From Sphyrna mokarran (lineage: Eukaryota), in contig JAGIQG010000040.1 in assembly GCA_024679065.1 (NCBI GenBank), positions 3,968,001-4,032,000 of the forward strand: 64,000 bases of DNA, in the 5' to 3' direction. Below the pieces are notes generated by a model that was not told where the DNA came from, made no database searches, and saw only the letters and a list, made by a program, of their open reading frames with translations. Each line of letters opens with the position of its first letter. The stretch's first letter is position 1. The position numbers and the translations under genes are program-made. Positions 1 to 13,059 of this stretch are shown here, one piece after another.

Positions 1-1726
1 AGTTGTGCGTGGAGCCTGAAGAGATTGGAGAGGCACTGAATAAATATTTCTCTTCGGTATTCTCGCAGGGTGATGTAAATGTAGTTATGGAGAACACTGA
101 GGTACAGGGTTGCAAACTGGAAAGTATTGAAGTAGATAGGGAGGATGTGCTAGATATTCTCGAGGGTTTGAAGTTGGATAAGTCCCCTGGGCCGGATGGG
201 GTTTACCCTAGGATTCTCTGGGAGGCAAGAGAGGCGATTGCAGAGCTCTGGCTCTGATCTTCAGGTCGTCGTTGGTTACGGGTGTGGTTCCGGAGGACTG
301 GAGGATAGCGAATGTGGTCCCATTGTTCAAGAAGGGGAAGAGAGACCTTCCAGGGAATTATAGGCCAGTGAGTCTTACTTCTGTTGTGGGCAAAGTGTTG
401 GAGAGGATTATTAGGGATAGGATTTATAGTTATTTAGAGAGAAATGAATTGATTGGGGATAGTCAGCATGGTTTTGTGAAGGGTAGGTCGTGCCTTACTA
501 ACCTCATTGAGTTTTTTGAAAAAGTGACAAAAGAGGTGGATGGGGGTAAGGCGGTTGATGTGGTATATATGGACTTTAGTAAGGCGTTTGATAAGGTGGC
601 CCATGGAAGACTTCTGCAGAAAATGCAGATGTATGGGATAGAGGGTGATTTTAGCTAATTGGGTTAGGAATTGGCTAGCAGATAGAAGACAGAGGGTGGT
701 GGTTGATGGGAGATATTCATCGTGGAGTTCGGTGACAAGTGGTGTACCTCAGGGTCTGTTTTGGGGCCCCTGCTGTTTGTAATTTTTATAAATGATCTGG
801 ATGAGGGTATTGAAGGCTGGATTAGTAAATTTGCGGATGACACTAAAGTCGGTGGAGTGGTAGATAGTGAAGAGGGGTGTTATAGTTTGCAGAGAGACTT
901 GGACAAGTTGCAGAGCTGGGCCGAGATGTGGCAAATGGAGTTTAATGTGGAAAAGTGTGAGGTAATGCACTTTGGCAGGAATAATAAATGTGTAGAGTAT
1001 AGGGCTAATGGTAGGATTCTTAATAGTGTTGATGAACAGAGGGATCTTGGTGTATTTGTGCATAGATCCCTGAAATTAGGCAGTCAAGTCGAGAAGGTTG
1101 TTAAGAAGGCATATGGAGTCTTAGCTTTTATTGGTAGGGGAATTGAATTTCGGAGCCGCAACGTCATGTTGCAACCGCACAAAACTCTAGTGCGGCCGCA
1201 CTTGGAGTATTGTGTGCAGTTCTGGTCCCCGCATTATAAGAAAGATGTGGAGGCATTGGAGAGGGTATAGAGGAGGTTTACCAGGATGTTGCCTGGTATG
1301 GAGGGCAGGTCTTATGAAGAGAGGTTGAAGGATTTGAGGTTGTTTTCGTTAGAAAGGAGGCGGCTAAGAGGGGATCTTATTGAAGCATATAAGATGATTA
1401 GAGTTTAGATAGGGTGGACAGTGATAGCCTTTTTCCTAGGATGGAGAAAGCTAGCACGAGGGGACACAGCTTTAAATTAAGGGGTGATAGGTATAGGACG
1501 GATATCAGAGGTAGGTTCTTTACCCAAAGGGTTGTTCGGGAGTGGAATGCCCCTGCCTGCAGCAGTTGTAGATGCGCCAAGTTTGGTGGCGTTTAAGAGG
1601 TTAGTTGATAAGTATATGGAAGGGAAGGGAATGGTTTAGTTTGGAGGGTCATTGCTTTTTATATTGGTCGGCGCAACATCGAAGGCCGAAGGGCCTGTTC
1701 TGTGCTGTAATGTTCTATATTCTATG
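1..1726 (+). mobile_element. CR1-clade LINE, ORF2 (RT) and 3' end, young family, several frameshifts
   Basis: ORFs 3-257, 272-658 and 722-1270 carry CR1 RT motifs (KSPGPDG, NYRPVSLTS, QHGF, DFSKAFDKV, GSVLGP, FADDTK, RPHLEYCVQFWSP); ends in a TTCTAT-type tail. Confidence 0.95.
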
Positions 1727-2650
1727 AATCCTAAAGTAGACAGGTTTGTATTTTTTCCAAATTTGCAGGTGAGATAAAGTTGGGTGGATGGGTGAACTGT
1801 GAGGACGAGCCGGAGATGCTTCAGCATGATTTGGACACATTATGTGAATGGACATATGCATGGCATTCATTGTAATGTGGATAAATGTGAGTTCATCCAC
1901 TTCAGTCGATAAAATAAGAAGGCAGGTTATCATTTGAGTGAAGTGCAAATTGAAAAATGCGGACAGACAGCGAGATAATGATCTCCTCGCCCATCGGTTG
2001 CTGAATGTAAACGCACAGGTACAGCAGGCAATAAAAAAGACAAATGGTATGTTAGCCTTCAGAGGGAGAAATTTGAGTATAAGGGACGCAATGTTTCACT
2101 ACAATTTTATGGGACGCTTGTGCCGTCGTGCTGCAATATCGTGTGCAGATTTGGCGTGCCTATCTGAGGAAGAATGTCCTTGTTATGGAGGAAGATTTGC
2201 CAAGCTGATTCTTGGGACGTGCAGAGATATTTGGTCGGTTTGGATTATATTTGCTGGAGTTCAAAAGAGCGGAATAGGATCTCATACTAACTTAAAACAT
2301 TACAGCAGGACCGGCAGGTTAGGTTCAGAAAGAATGTTCCCGGTGGTGCTGCGTCCAGAACTGGATGTTATAGTTTGAGGATTAGTGATACATCTTTTAG
2401 GTCTGAGGTAAGGAAAATTTTCTTAATTCAGAGGATGGCGATTGTATACAATTCATTTCCACAAAAAATAGCTGAGGCCCAGACCGTTTTTCTTTTATTT
2501 CAACGTGGAGTTAGGTATATCTCTTTGGGCTAACGGTATTAAGAGATATGGGAGAAGAGAGAATTTGGATAGTGAATTTAATGATCATTCATGATCAAAA
2601 TGAATAGCAATGCAGGTTCGGATGCCTAATAGTCTTCTACTGCTGCTACT
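1727..2650 (+). mobile_element. Old degenerate CR1/L2-like LINE fragment
   Basis: Decayed RT C-terminal homology (QVQQAIKKTNGMLAF) and a LINE-type 3' end. Confidence 0.7.
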
Positions 2651-3379
2651 TTCCATATTTCTCTATCGTGGATCTTTGATCTTTGATCGACTACGGCATT
2701 CCACCTGCAGGATGGCTAACAATATTGTGTAGCTTGGCGCCTTTTGCCATTTACATCACAAAGTTGGATGTAGCATCCAGATTCTTGCGCACTCTGCTTC
2801 ACTGTCCAACAATATTGATATTGCAGTTAATGTCACTACCTAAAAAGTACAGTCTTTACCTCACTGACAGAAATGCGAACAACTAAATGGCAGTCAAGCG
2901 AAATCTATACTGATATACTGATTCACATCTGGTAGATGGCACATTTGTAACCAGGATGTCTCTTGTGGAAGGACTAGTTAGTTTTATCTAGATTATTGCG
3001 TTTTGTTGTTGCTAACCCCAATAAGAATTAATATTCCAGCACACCATTGGCTTGTACCTTGCAGATTGTGGCAAATGTTTGGAAAGTTAATAGTATAAGT
3101 AAGGAGTGGCTGTGAATACATTATAACTCGTCTGCACTGCGAGAGAAAGAGATTACGTCATTGACGCAGTTCGTTATTCAACCTCACCCATCACTCACCC
3201 TACCCAGAATCTTGTCGGTGGGGGAACTCAACGGTTTCAGTTTCATGAAATCTCAATGGGAGATACCTGACTCTCATGTGTCGGTGATTTTGATTGTCTG
3301 CTGCAAGATTCTTGAATATAATGTATTCCATTGGTTCAATACAACAGTGTGAAACTGGACAGAAGGATCGTAAGAATCC

Positions 3380-3745
3380 CTCACTAATGTCGTATGAAAC
3401 CTTACCATAACATTCCAACTCTTATACTCAATACTTTGATTTATAAAGGCTAATTTTCCAAATGCATTTCCTAAGACCCTATATACCTGTGATACCACTT
3501 TCAGGGAATTATTGTCTGCTTTCCCAAATCTCTCTGTTCTATTACACTCTTCAGTATCCTACCATTTACCATGTATGTTCTAACTTGGTTTGTCCTTCCA
3601 AAGTGCAATACCTCACACTTGCCTGCATTAAATTCCATCTGCCATTTTCAGCCCATTTTTCTAGCTGATCCAAATCCCTAGGCAAGCTTTGAAAATCTTC
3701 CTCACTGTCCACTACACCTCCAATCTTCGTATTATCAGCAATCCA
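3380..3745 (-). mobile_element. CR1 RT fragment
   Basis: Minus-strand translation includes IADNTKIGGVVDSEED...DLDQLEKWAE. Confidence 0.8.
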
Positions 3746-4844
3746 ATTTGGTGCTTGTAAGGTGAGGAAAAGTGGAACTCTATCCTCTTTTTGGGAGGGA
3801 CAATGAGGTGACAGTAGCATTCTGGTGACGTTAACAATCATTGTTCTGTCAACAACAGTGAGCTGCAGATTACCAAAATACATATTGAAACCGTACAACC
3901 TGTATTATAGAACTAATTGAACAGGTGCAAAATAAATGGGGAAAATTATGAAGAATTGAATGGAGCAATTGTAGTAAAGCAGGGTGCACTTAATACCCAC
4001 GACCAGTTATTGGTCTGAGTTAGTGGGTTTGTAATCTATATTGGACAATAGATTTTATGTACATATCAAAGTGCAATAAAGGAATAAAAATAAGTAATAT
4101 TCAGTAAATGAAAATCATCAGAAGTGCAAAGATTAAATTGGAAGGAGGTAAGTTCTCGTCAGTGAGCAGGAATCGACACGGATATCGCCACCTATATATT
4201 GAGGAAAGAGGTGAATGTAGCAGCCTGTGTAGGACTGGGGCATCGAAGACTCGTTTTCCCAAAAAAATCAAAAGAGCTCGAACTGCGGCCTCTGTGCAAA
4301 GAACGAGTGAAGTTAAATATTGTGAAGAACGAGTGAAGTCATTGTGGAAGCCCGTTCCATCAGGTGACAGAGTCTGGTGAGAGATAGGTCTTCATTCAAT
4401 TAAACAAGAGCCCTCAAAAAGCCCTGGCAGCTGATGGCAGGACACGGAGATTGTGTGACTAACAACGCTGATGTGAACCTGTATACTCTGAAAGTAACTT
4501 TGTTGGACCGAATTGCAAAGAACGTACTGTCAGTGAACTTTTCCTGCTCATCCAAATTAGGAAGTCCAGAATGCTGGACAATTTCATACTTGTTCAACTG
4601 GATTTGTCTACTTTGATATTAACTGTGCTAAACTAAATCTTACTTTGAGTATCACCACATTGGGTCGGAGTTCGATGAATCAGTACTGAAAATGTGTGTG
4701 TTCACGTGTTCGATCGTTTACACAGATTTATGCATGTTGACTTGGACCAGACCCAACCGGGTTCCAACCAAAAATAAGAAAAATATCATGATACTGGAAT
4801 CTGAAACAAGACTAGAGGAAGCTGAAAGAACTCGAGTCGTTCTT

Positions 4845-5181
4845 CACGTCGTTAGTGTACGCTTGACCTGGACCATTTGATGGGCAACACGACAGCTCAG
4901 TGGCTGTCGCTGTGCTGTGCAGATACATGGATTTGGGTCTGTGTTTGCGTGGGTTTTCTCCGAGTGCTCCGGTTTCCTCCCACATTCCAAAGATGTGCTC
5001 TTAGGCTAATTGGCAAAACAAATTCTCCCTAAATTGTCTCAAATTTGGTTTTTAATCCATAGATCTATAAACATGGACAGGGATCGCGGGTAGAGGTGGG
5101 AGCATCGGGGTGGCGGTGCAGACTCGTTGGGTCGAAGGGTCTGTTTCCCGTGCTGTTTTGTTCTTTGTTCTTTCTTCTTTG
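4845..5181 (+). mobile_element. Composite SINE copy (HE1-like body, B box absent, CR1-type tail), 5'-truncated
   Basis: Aligns with copies at 19494-19985, 35811-36250 and 41031-41207; TTCTTTG tail. Confidence 0.75.
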
Positions 5182-5924
5182 TAACCAGTTTATAGTCCAA
5201 CAGATTTATTTGAAATTACAATCTTCCCAAATGCTGAAGGAGCAGCACTCCAAAAGATTGTGATTTCGGATGAACATTTTGGACTGCAATCTGGTTTCGT
5301 GTTGCCTGTTATCGTATCCATCACAGTCCAATATTGGCATCTCCATCTATGGCTAGCATCTCCACCCCATGGCCAGCATCAAGCAGGAATGATATATAGT
5401 AACGTTTTGGAGTTACTTGTCGCAAAGTGTCAAGATACAAAGGAATAACCGTGTTCCTCTCCTGAAAAATGCTGACAGATATGCTGATTTTTTTTTTCAT
5501 TTGCTCTGTCCTTGTTGCCGAATGCAAACTTTCTAGATTGAATCTGTCTATTCTGAGTGTAAGCGTATTAATCTGAACATGTACACAATAAATGCAACTA
5601 TATTGAAATGGACTAGACAGTATTTAATTTAAATGCCCTAGCAGAATCTGGCTTATGATATGCAACTGTGTTAGTCAGTATATTTCCACAAATGTATTAA
5701 AATGGTTTCGCCGCCTCAGAGATTTCCCATCAGCATTAACTTGCCTCGTGATCATATGGACTGAACACTGAACAGGAGGGAGAAATTTTCAGTGTTTTCA
5801 TTCGAATATCATGTTCATTTATAAGTGGCGCAGATATTTCACATAATTTCATTGCAGCGTTAATGTAAGCCTTATTTGTGACAAAAGAATTACATTACTT
5901 TAGTAACTCAGCGTTAATAGAATT

Positions 5925-6282
5925 ACATAGAACATAGAACTTTACAGCGCAGTACAGGCCCTTCGGCCCTCGATGTTGCGCCGGCCAGTGGACCCTCTAA
6001 CCTAAACTATTCCAATATCATCCATATGCCTATCCACCGACCATTTGAATGCCCCCAAAGTAGGCGAGTCCACAACTGCTGCAGGCAGGGCATTCCACGC
6101 TCTCATCACCCTCTGTGTAAAGAACCTGCCTCTGACATCCGTCCTATAACTACCACCTCTTAATTTAAAGTTATGTCCCCTCGTGTTGGTCATCACCATC
6201 CGAGGAAAAAGGCTCTCACTATCCACCCTATCCAATCCCTTAATCATCATATACGCCTCAATTAGGTCACCGCGTAACCTTA
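5925..6282 (-). mobile_element. CR1 3' fragment
   Basis: LRLRGDLIEAY...TRGHNFKLRGG...GRFFTQRV; (CATAGAA)n tail on the + strand. Confidence 0.9.
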
Positions 6283-6550
6283 AATTCTCATTATTTTGAT
6301 GGAACAATTTAACTGAGAGCATGATATATACTCTGAGTATTTCTCTATGTGGACGCATCAGCGCTCATGAAAAAAAAATCAAGATTTAAACACGTGATGC
6401 ACAGCCTCTTCGCCAGTGTGTTTGTCTAAATAATGCAATTCATGTGGAAAAAAACAGATGATGTATTTGCCTCCCTGGAGCCATACGTCAAGAATAAATG
6501 TCACCATCTCTTGAGTGCAGTGGAGAACACATTTCGAGATTCTGATAGAA

Positions 6551-9199
6551 ATGCACTCATCACCGAAAGGTCTGCTGTTTGCCATTTACTATCCTGTCCT
6601 TGCTGCTATCGGAATTCCTGGTAAGCTTACTGATTATTCATTATGGGAATCACTGCTTATCCCTCTTGTCATTCAGATTTAACACTCAAGCTTATCTATC
6701 GTACCGAGATCCCTGGATAATTTCTTTCAAATATGTTGAAAATCTTCGTTTTATTTGCTGTGATTTCTCCAATATAATGGAACTACTCCTTCTGTAGTTT
6801 GACAGTTGAAATGCTTCATTTTATCTGATAACGTTTTTCCCTTTCCCTGAAATAATTATTCCTCATGGCAAGTATATATCTTCCACCATTCCAGGAAATA
6901 AGTCTGCATGCTTTCATTAAACATGTGGAGAAGACAGAAGACAAGATGAAGTCCTTGAAAACACAAGGAGATCTAATATTATGGGAGCTGAGCAGCAAAC
7001 AAACAAAAGATAATGGCAACGTGTATCACATTGAGGCAGCAATACTCGAAATGTCTACTTTATAAAGGAAAAGTTTGCATGTAGAAATTAACGATCTGGA
7101 ACTTTTTATGAATTGAAAGAATCATAGCAATGCGTTGTTTCTTTCTCTTACTGGCATGGCGACTATACATTGCCTATACAATTTTTCCTCTTTAAATATA
7201 GACTATATTGCCTTGGTCAGTACAACTTCATTACTTCAAGTTTACATGTTGCTCTACATACTGTTCCCAACTCATGCTGCAAGTGCTATTTTATTTGATC
7301 GTTGATGTTATCAATGTGGCTGTACTTCGAAGTCAATATCATCGTTTAAAGTAAGTTCTGTTGTACCTGACTTGCATGTTTAATTTGTTTTTTGGGCAAC
7401 ATGAACAACCTTCCTTTGTTAAGTTGATTTTTTTTTTGCGCGCCTTATTTAGACAGTGACTCGGCTTATTGTACTGAGCCAGAAAATGAAAATACTGGCA
7501 CTGTAGATCTCCATCTGTGCAAAAGTCTTGGAATAGATATTGAACCCACAACCATATGACACAGACATTGAAGTTTTATTAACAAAATCATGCCTTAAGC
7601 ATTGCAGGTAAATTTTGTTGTATACGCCCCAGCAAAACATTTGGTTTCAGTAGTTTCAAATTAATTATCAATGTGGATTCCCGGATCATTTCCAATTTCA
7701 ACCACGTTCTTACGTTTTAAGTGCAATAAGTTCCCGGGCTCCGGTGAGGCGTCGTCCAGACTCGAAATATTCATTCCATTCTCTCTCCACAGATGCTGTC
7801 GGACCTGCTGAATTCCTTCAACATTTATTTTTCATGTTTCAGATTCCAGCATTCGCAGTATTTTGCCTTTATGTCCCAGTTTTCTTCTGGTCCTATGAGG
7901 CACTTGGCATTCTTGGACATTCAATTTCATATCTTGCATTTCAGCCAAATTGTTTTAATGTTAGTGGTCGTTGGATTTGGCAAGGACTTGACCATGTTTT
8001 CTCTCTTCTCTACACGTTGAACAAGGTACTAACTGATTGTATTTCCTGTAGCTGAGTCATCAGTTAGCAAGATAAATACCCAGGAAGTTTTCCTCACAGT
8101 TCAGTACCGTATTGGAGAAATGTTGCAGTTTAGTAAAGATTCTTCTCTAATGGAAGAGTAAGGTCACCAACTAGGATTGCCAATTCTGGCCTTTCTTAAC
8201 ATTGGGTTTTTAGTCATTCAATCTTTTAAACATTGATATTTCATTCTCTTTCTACGCCCCTTATTCACCGTTTATTTTGTCTACTACACAGCAAACTTGG
8301 CAGTGATTGCCATCCTAGCCCGTGGAAGATGTGGTCTCTCTGGATGTATCACTTACTATCTGGTATCTATGGCGGTGACAGATTTCCTAGTCATTGTTAC
8401 AGCTGTGATATTAAACCGGATTGCCCGTATCTACTTCCCATTCAGCTTCCTCTCCATCACTCCGGTCTGTAGTCTCAGCTTTGTGATCATTTATGGAGTC
8501 AGAGATTGTTCTGTTTGGACAACAGTCGCTTTTACCTTTGATCGATTCATCGCTATTTGTTGCCAGAAATTGAAAACAAGATATTGCATCAAGAAAACGG
8601 CAGCGACGGTAATAGGTACTGTTTGTGTTTTGAGTTGTGTTGTAAACAGCCCTTGGTACTTTGCATATGAGCCTTCGTTTGTCCTCAATGGTATTCCTTG
8701 GCTTTGCAGTGGAAAATCTGTATTTTATACGTCACTTCTATGGGCGGCATTTGATTGGATTCTAGTCATTTTAACCCCTTGTCTCCCCTTCATTCTGATC
8801 TTACTGCTCAATGTTCTGACTGTCAGACACATTTTAGCGGCCAATAGAGCCCGCAGGAGACTCCGAGCCCAGAACAGTGGAGAGAATCAAAGTGACCCAG
8901 AGATGAAGAAACGAAGGAAGTCCATTGTTTTACTCTTTTGTATCTCGGGGAGTTTCATCCTGCTGTACTCACTATTTTTTATAACAATTCTCTATGTACG
9001 ACTTGCGAATGTTACTTATTCCTCAGGTTCTGATTCCAGTAACTCAATATTTATTTTGGATGAAAGTGGAACTATGCTTCAGCTTCTGAGTTCCTGCATC
9101 AATCCCTTTATTTATGCAGGAACCCAAAGTCAATTTAGAAATGAGATAAAGAATGGGGTGAAGTATCCCCTGATGGTAATTGGCAAATTGTTTAATTAA
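6551..9199 (+). CDS. Two-exon class A GPCR, GPR139/GPR142-like, about 325 aa (exon1 6551-6620, exon2 8292-9199)
   Basis: Exon1 MHSSPKGLLFAIYYPVLAAIGIP with G|GTAAG donor; acceptor CAG|CA AAC gives ANLAVIAIL in frame; seven hydrophobic segments, TFDRF (DRY equivalent), NPFIY in TM7; AATAAA at 9499-9504. Confidence 0.9.
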
Positions 9200-9205
9200 T
9201 TAATT

Positions 9206-9390
9206 AGAAAACGCTGGAAAATCTCAGCAGGTCTGACAGCATCTGTGGGGAAGAACACAACCGACGCTTCGACAACTCGAAAATCGAGAAGTTGGCTTCA
9301 TTCTTTCCCCACAGATGCTAACAAACCTACTATTTCGGCATGTTTCTGTTTTTTTTTTCAGATTCCAGCATCCACAATTTTTTTGTATTT
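9206..9390. repeat. Palindromic MITE-like element, probably Penelope pLTR-derived, directly after the GPCR stop codon
   Basis: Arms about 9206-9255 and 9301-9347 (GCATCTGTGGGGAAGAA / TTCTTTCCCCACAGATGC); related copies near 7750-7870, 12890-12990, 15505-15600, 27775-27930, 34760-34890 and 59000-59130. Confidence 0.7.
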
Positions 9391-9752
9391 GTCCCATTAA
9401 TCAATTCACTATAAACCAACGTTAATTTCATATCAAAACCAACTTTTGACGTTTTTGACTATGTGACGCAACGGATATCCTCCCAGATCCACATGAGAAA
9501 TAAATATTCTTACTCTATGTGCATTAATTGAAATAATAACTCACATGCTGTTTAACCTGTTATTAATTATTCCCAATTCATTGTTCGAACTGACTCACGT
9601 CAGGCATTTCCTAGGAAGCTCCGAGAGTCCCGGAGTCACTCTATACTCAGGTTCACTTTAATGAAGGAACATCAATATCCAGCATGATTATTATCTAGCC
9701 CTAGATGATACATATGTACTGAAATTAAGTTAATTACTGTTCTTACGCCTAA

Positions 9753-10090
9753 GGCGGCATGGTAGCACAGTGGTTAGCACTGTTGCTTCACAACTCCAGG
9801 GTCCTGGGTTCGATTCCCCGGCTCGAGTCACTGTCTGTGTGGAGTTTGCACGTTCTCTTCGTGTCTGCGTGGGTTTTCTCCGGGTGCTCCGGTTTCCTCC
9901 CACAGTCCAAAGATGTGCGGGTTAGATTGATTGGCCATGCTAAGAAATTGCCCCTTGGGGATGTGTAGGTTACAGAGTTTAGTGGGTAAATATTTAGGGA
10001 TATGGGATAGGGCCTGGGTGGGATTGTGGTTGGTGCAAATTCGATGGGCCACAGGGTCTCTTTCTGCACTATAGGTTTCTCTGGTTTCTT
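9753..10090 (+). mobile_element. HE1-like tRNA-derived SINE, full length
   Basis: A box GGTAGCACAGTGG, B box GGTTCGATTCC, conserved GTGCTCCGGTTTCCTCCCACAGTCCAAAGATGTGC core, CR1-type tail. Confidence 0.9.
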
Positions 10091-10440
10091 GTCATCTGCT
10101 CGGGAAGCACGACCCCCTTCCCATGTTTCTGAGTTTACAAACAGAGACGAGAGGAATGGACGTGTAAATTCATGAAAACAGAAAATCTACGTCACTTTCC
10201 TAATACTATTAAAATAATGTAGATACTAAAACCCAAAACAGAAACAGAAAGCGCTCCACAGACACAGCAGGTCTGACAGAGACGTTCGAGCACGAAACAG
10301 GGTTATCACTCCGAGTCCATATGACCCTTCTTCTGTTGAAAGAACAAATGGGCTCGAAAGAGTAACTCTGATTCTGCCTCGAAAGATTAAACGTGGAGAT
10401 TCTGGTGTTGGTCTGGGTAAGCACAATGACAATCTCACAA

Positions 10441-10570
10441 CACCAGGTCAAAGTCCAACAGGTCTATTTGGCAGCACAAGCTTTCGGAGCACTGCCCCTT
10501 CATCAGGTGATTCTGAAAGAGCAGTGTTCCGAAAGCTTGAGCTGCCAAGAAAACTGTTGGACTTTAACCT
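10441..10570. repeat. Palindromic Penelope-type pLTR remnant with a hammerhead-like core
   Basis: Arms AGGTCAAAGTCCAACAG / CTGTTGGACTTTAACCT; minus strand 10481-10506 reads CTGATGAAGGGGCAGTGCTCCGAAAG; a related decayed copy lies at about 5185-5300. Confidence 0.6.
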
Positions 10571-12685
10571 CGAAAGAAGTATTCAGAAATGTTTCTTTTT
10601 TCAGATTTTTCTACTTTTAATTCATCCTCTATTCCTTCTATTGACCAATTAGTACTAAATGTTCATGGTATGAAACATTCTACCATTAAGAGAACAAAAG
10701 TATGCCATTTAAAAATATTAATAAGCAAACTCTTTACTAAAATATGCCAAGTGCAACGAGAATATTATCTCCATTCTCGACTTTGCTTTAATTTACTTTT
10801 CTAATCTCGATAGCCTCATGGTGCAACAAGAAATATGATGACTCGTAACAACCATCATTCTGCAGTAATTCTTTCACAATATATCCAAGGAATGAGGAAA
10901 GATATTCTCCCATTCCTGAGATGTTAGGTGACAAGGGAGGAAAGGGCAAAAATGATTCTTAGTATTTACATTATTTGTATCTGATTGTATTGCCAGCTGT
11001 TTCCTGCATGGATGGTGCGGTGTTCAGTTTCTAAAAAGCTGGAAGTAGTTCTGCATAATTGTAATCTGGAATGATTACAATTATGTTACCAGCCGACATA
11101 AATCACAATCGCTGATCATTTTCAAGGCAATTGCAGCCAAAGCAATTCTGAATTTTTTTCTTTGTTTTCTGTTCTTGGAATTACATGGATTGATTTTGAG
11201 AGGCTTTGTTGACATTCCAAATTTCCTGCAGAGATTTGCTGCACACTCATCGGAGCGTCAGTGGAACTTGGTACCACTAAACACTGTCACAATCTCTATT
11301 GATGTTAAACTGGAAACAGATCACAGTCTAGAATCTGGCTAACATTGATCTATGTGACAGAGTCTTTTGATAAGCTGTTTCAATAAAATATTCAAGAAGA
11401 AAATATTGAATATAATGCACTCCACCGTCTCGGAGCCATGCCTTTTCAGGTATCTGCCGAATTGTAAGGATAATACAGTTTATAAAATCCAATTTATACT
11501 CTCACATGCATGATAAATGTACAGTTATCCAAACGAGAAGGCTGTATATGATCAGGCACATTGCGCTCTGAAATTACGTGGCTGATGCCACGCAAAATAA
11601 GGTTTACACTGTATCATTAACTCCCCCAGATGTTTGTCATACTGTATCCTCTACAAATTCGTGTCCAATCTCAAATCTCGAAGAGCATAGTCTGCTAAAT
11701 GACACTTTCAATTGGATGTTTTCACCACGGCCCAACTTCTAGCATTTCAACCTGTCCTTTAACAGAACATCACTGCTTCACAGATTTTCTTTACTTTAAG
11801 TTGGCTTTCTGATTCATTGTGATTTTAACATTGAAACTTCCCTCAGTTAGTCACTCTTACCATCGCTGAAAAGTACTGGGTTAAGATCAAAGTTCTTGTT
11901 ATTTCTTTTTTCCTGCACTTTCCCTATACACCCCTGATTTTTGAAACCAAATGTTTTCGATTGGAACTTCCTTTCCAGACCTTTTTATGTCATTGCATTG
12001 GTTGTGGAATGCTGCTTCCACCTAAACGGAAATTGCTTTCACTATAAATGTGAGCCCTTTGATGATAGCTAACAACATAATTCAAATACAACCATTTGTT
12101 GAAATAAAACCAAATTTCGATTGCCTGTTTGTTAATGCATAATTACAGAAATTAAAATAAACTTAAACATTAGAGTCATATCTTATTCTGAACCACCACA
12201 AAGTACAATTATAACTTCCTTAAATCAAAGCTTACTTGCATAAATAAACGATGCAACCAGCTTTGGCGGCAGTCACAATGATTGTGGAGATGAAAGGCGG
12301 CAACAGAGAGGGAGACAAATCTGCGAAGAGCTAATTTCCAAGTGAATGCAAATTGGAACTACATGCCGCAGTTGCATTTTACATATCTGGAAAGTTGCCG
12401 ACAAGATTAGGCAAGGGAATTCATTTATTGATGTGTTGACCAGGCCCTCGGTCTACACTGATTTGTCCAATTGCTACTCACGTGAATCGTCTGCAGCAGA
12501 ACTGCCCCTTGGGGATCTGTGAAAGTCGAGCCCATTTTACTCTTAACTGATTGCAACTATATATTTTTCACAGGATGCAACACGTGCTGATTTCAACTCC
12601 ATGCCTGTCTAAATTATATTATTTGCGTTGTTTTCTCTGTGCCTCGGAACAACTGGCATCCATCCATGATTTGCGCTGTCAGTCC

Positions 12686-12725
12686 ATCTCTCTCTCTCTC
12701 TCTCTCTCTTTCTCTCCCTCTCCCT
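12686..12725. repeat. (CT)n microsatellite
   Basis: Direct inspection. Confidence 0.9.
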
Positions 12726-13059
12726 TCTGTCGTTCTGTGCAATGATTGGCAGATGTCATCAATTAGGATTGTCGTTAAGTCTCACACAATACATAAATTT
12801 CTGAATGCAGCCCATTGGATCATATTCACAAAACTCGGAAAACGATGTCCAACATTTGATCTGGTGCAGTGACTGCGCAACACTTGTTAGTAAAAACCAA
12901 AATACTGGAAATCTGAAATGAAAACAGAACATTTTGAAAAATGTCTGCGGAACTGGATGCATTTGTTGGTCGAGAATAATGGTTAACGTCCTGACTCCAT
13001 ATCCTTTTCCTTCAGAAGCAAGATTGGTCCTTTAAAAGATGCGAAGGGGGATGTATTAC

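Noticed and set aside
3140-3375. Tandem CRE-like motifs followed by a possible exon with a GTAAG donor
   Set aside because: No open leader-like frame and no downstream V exon found
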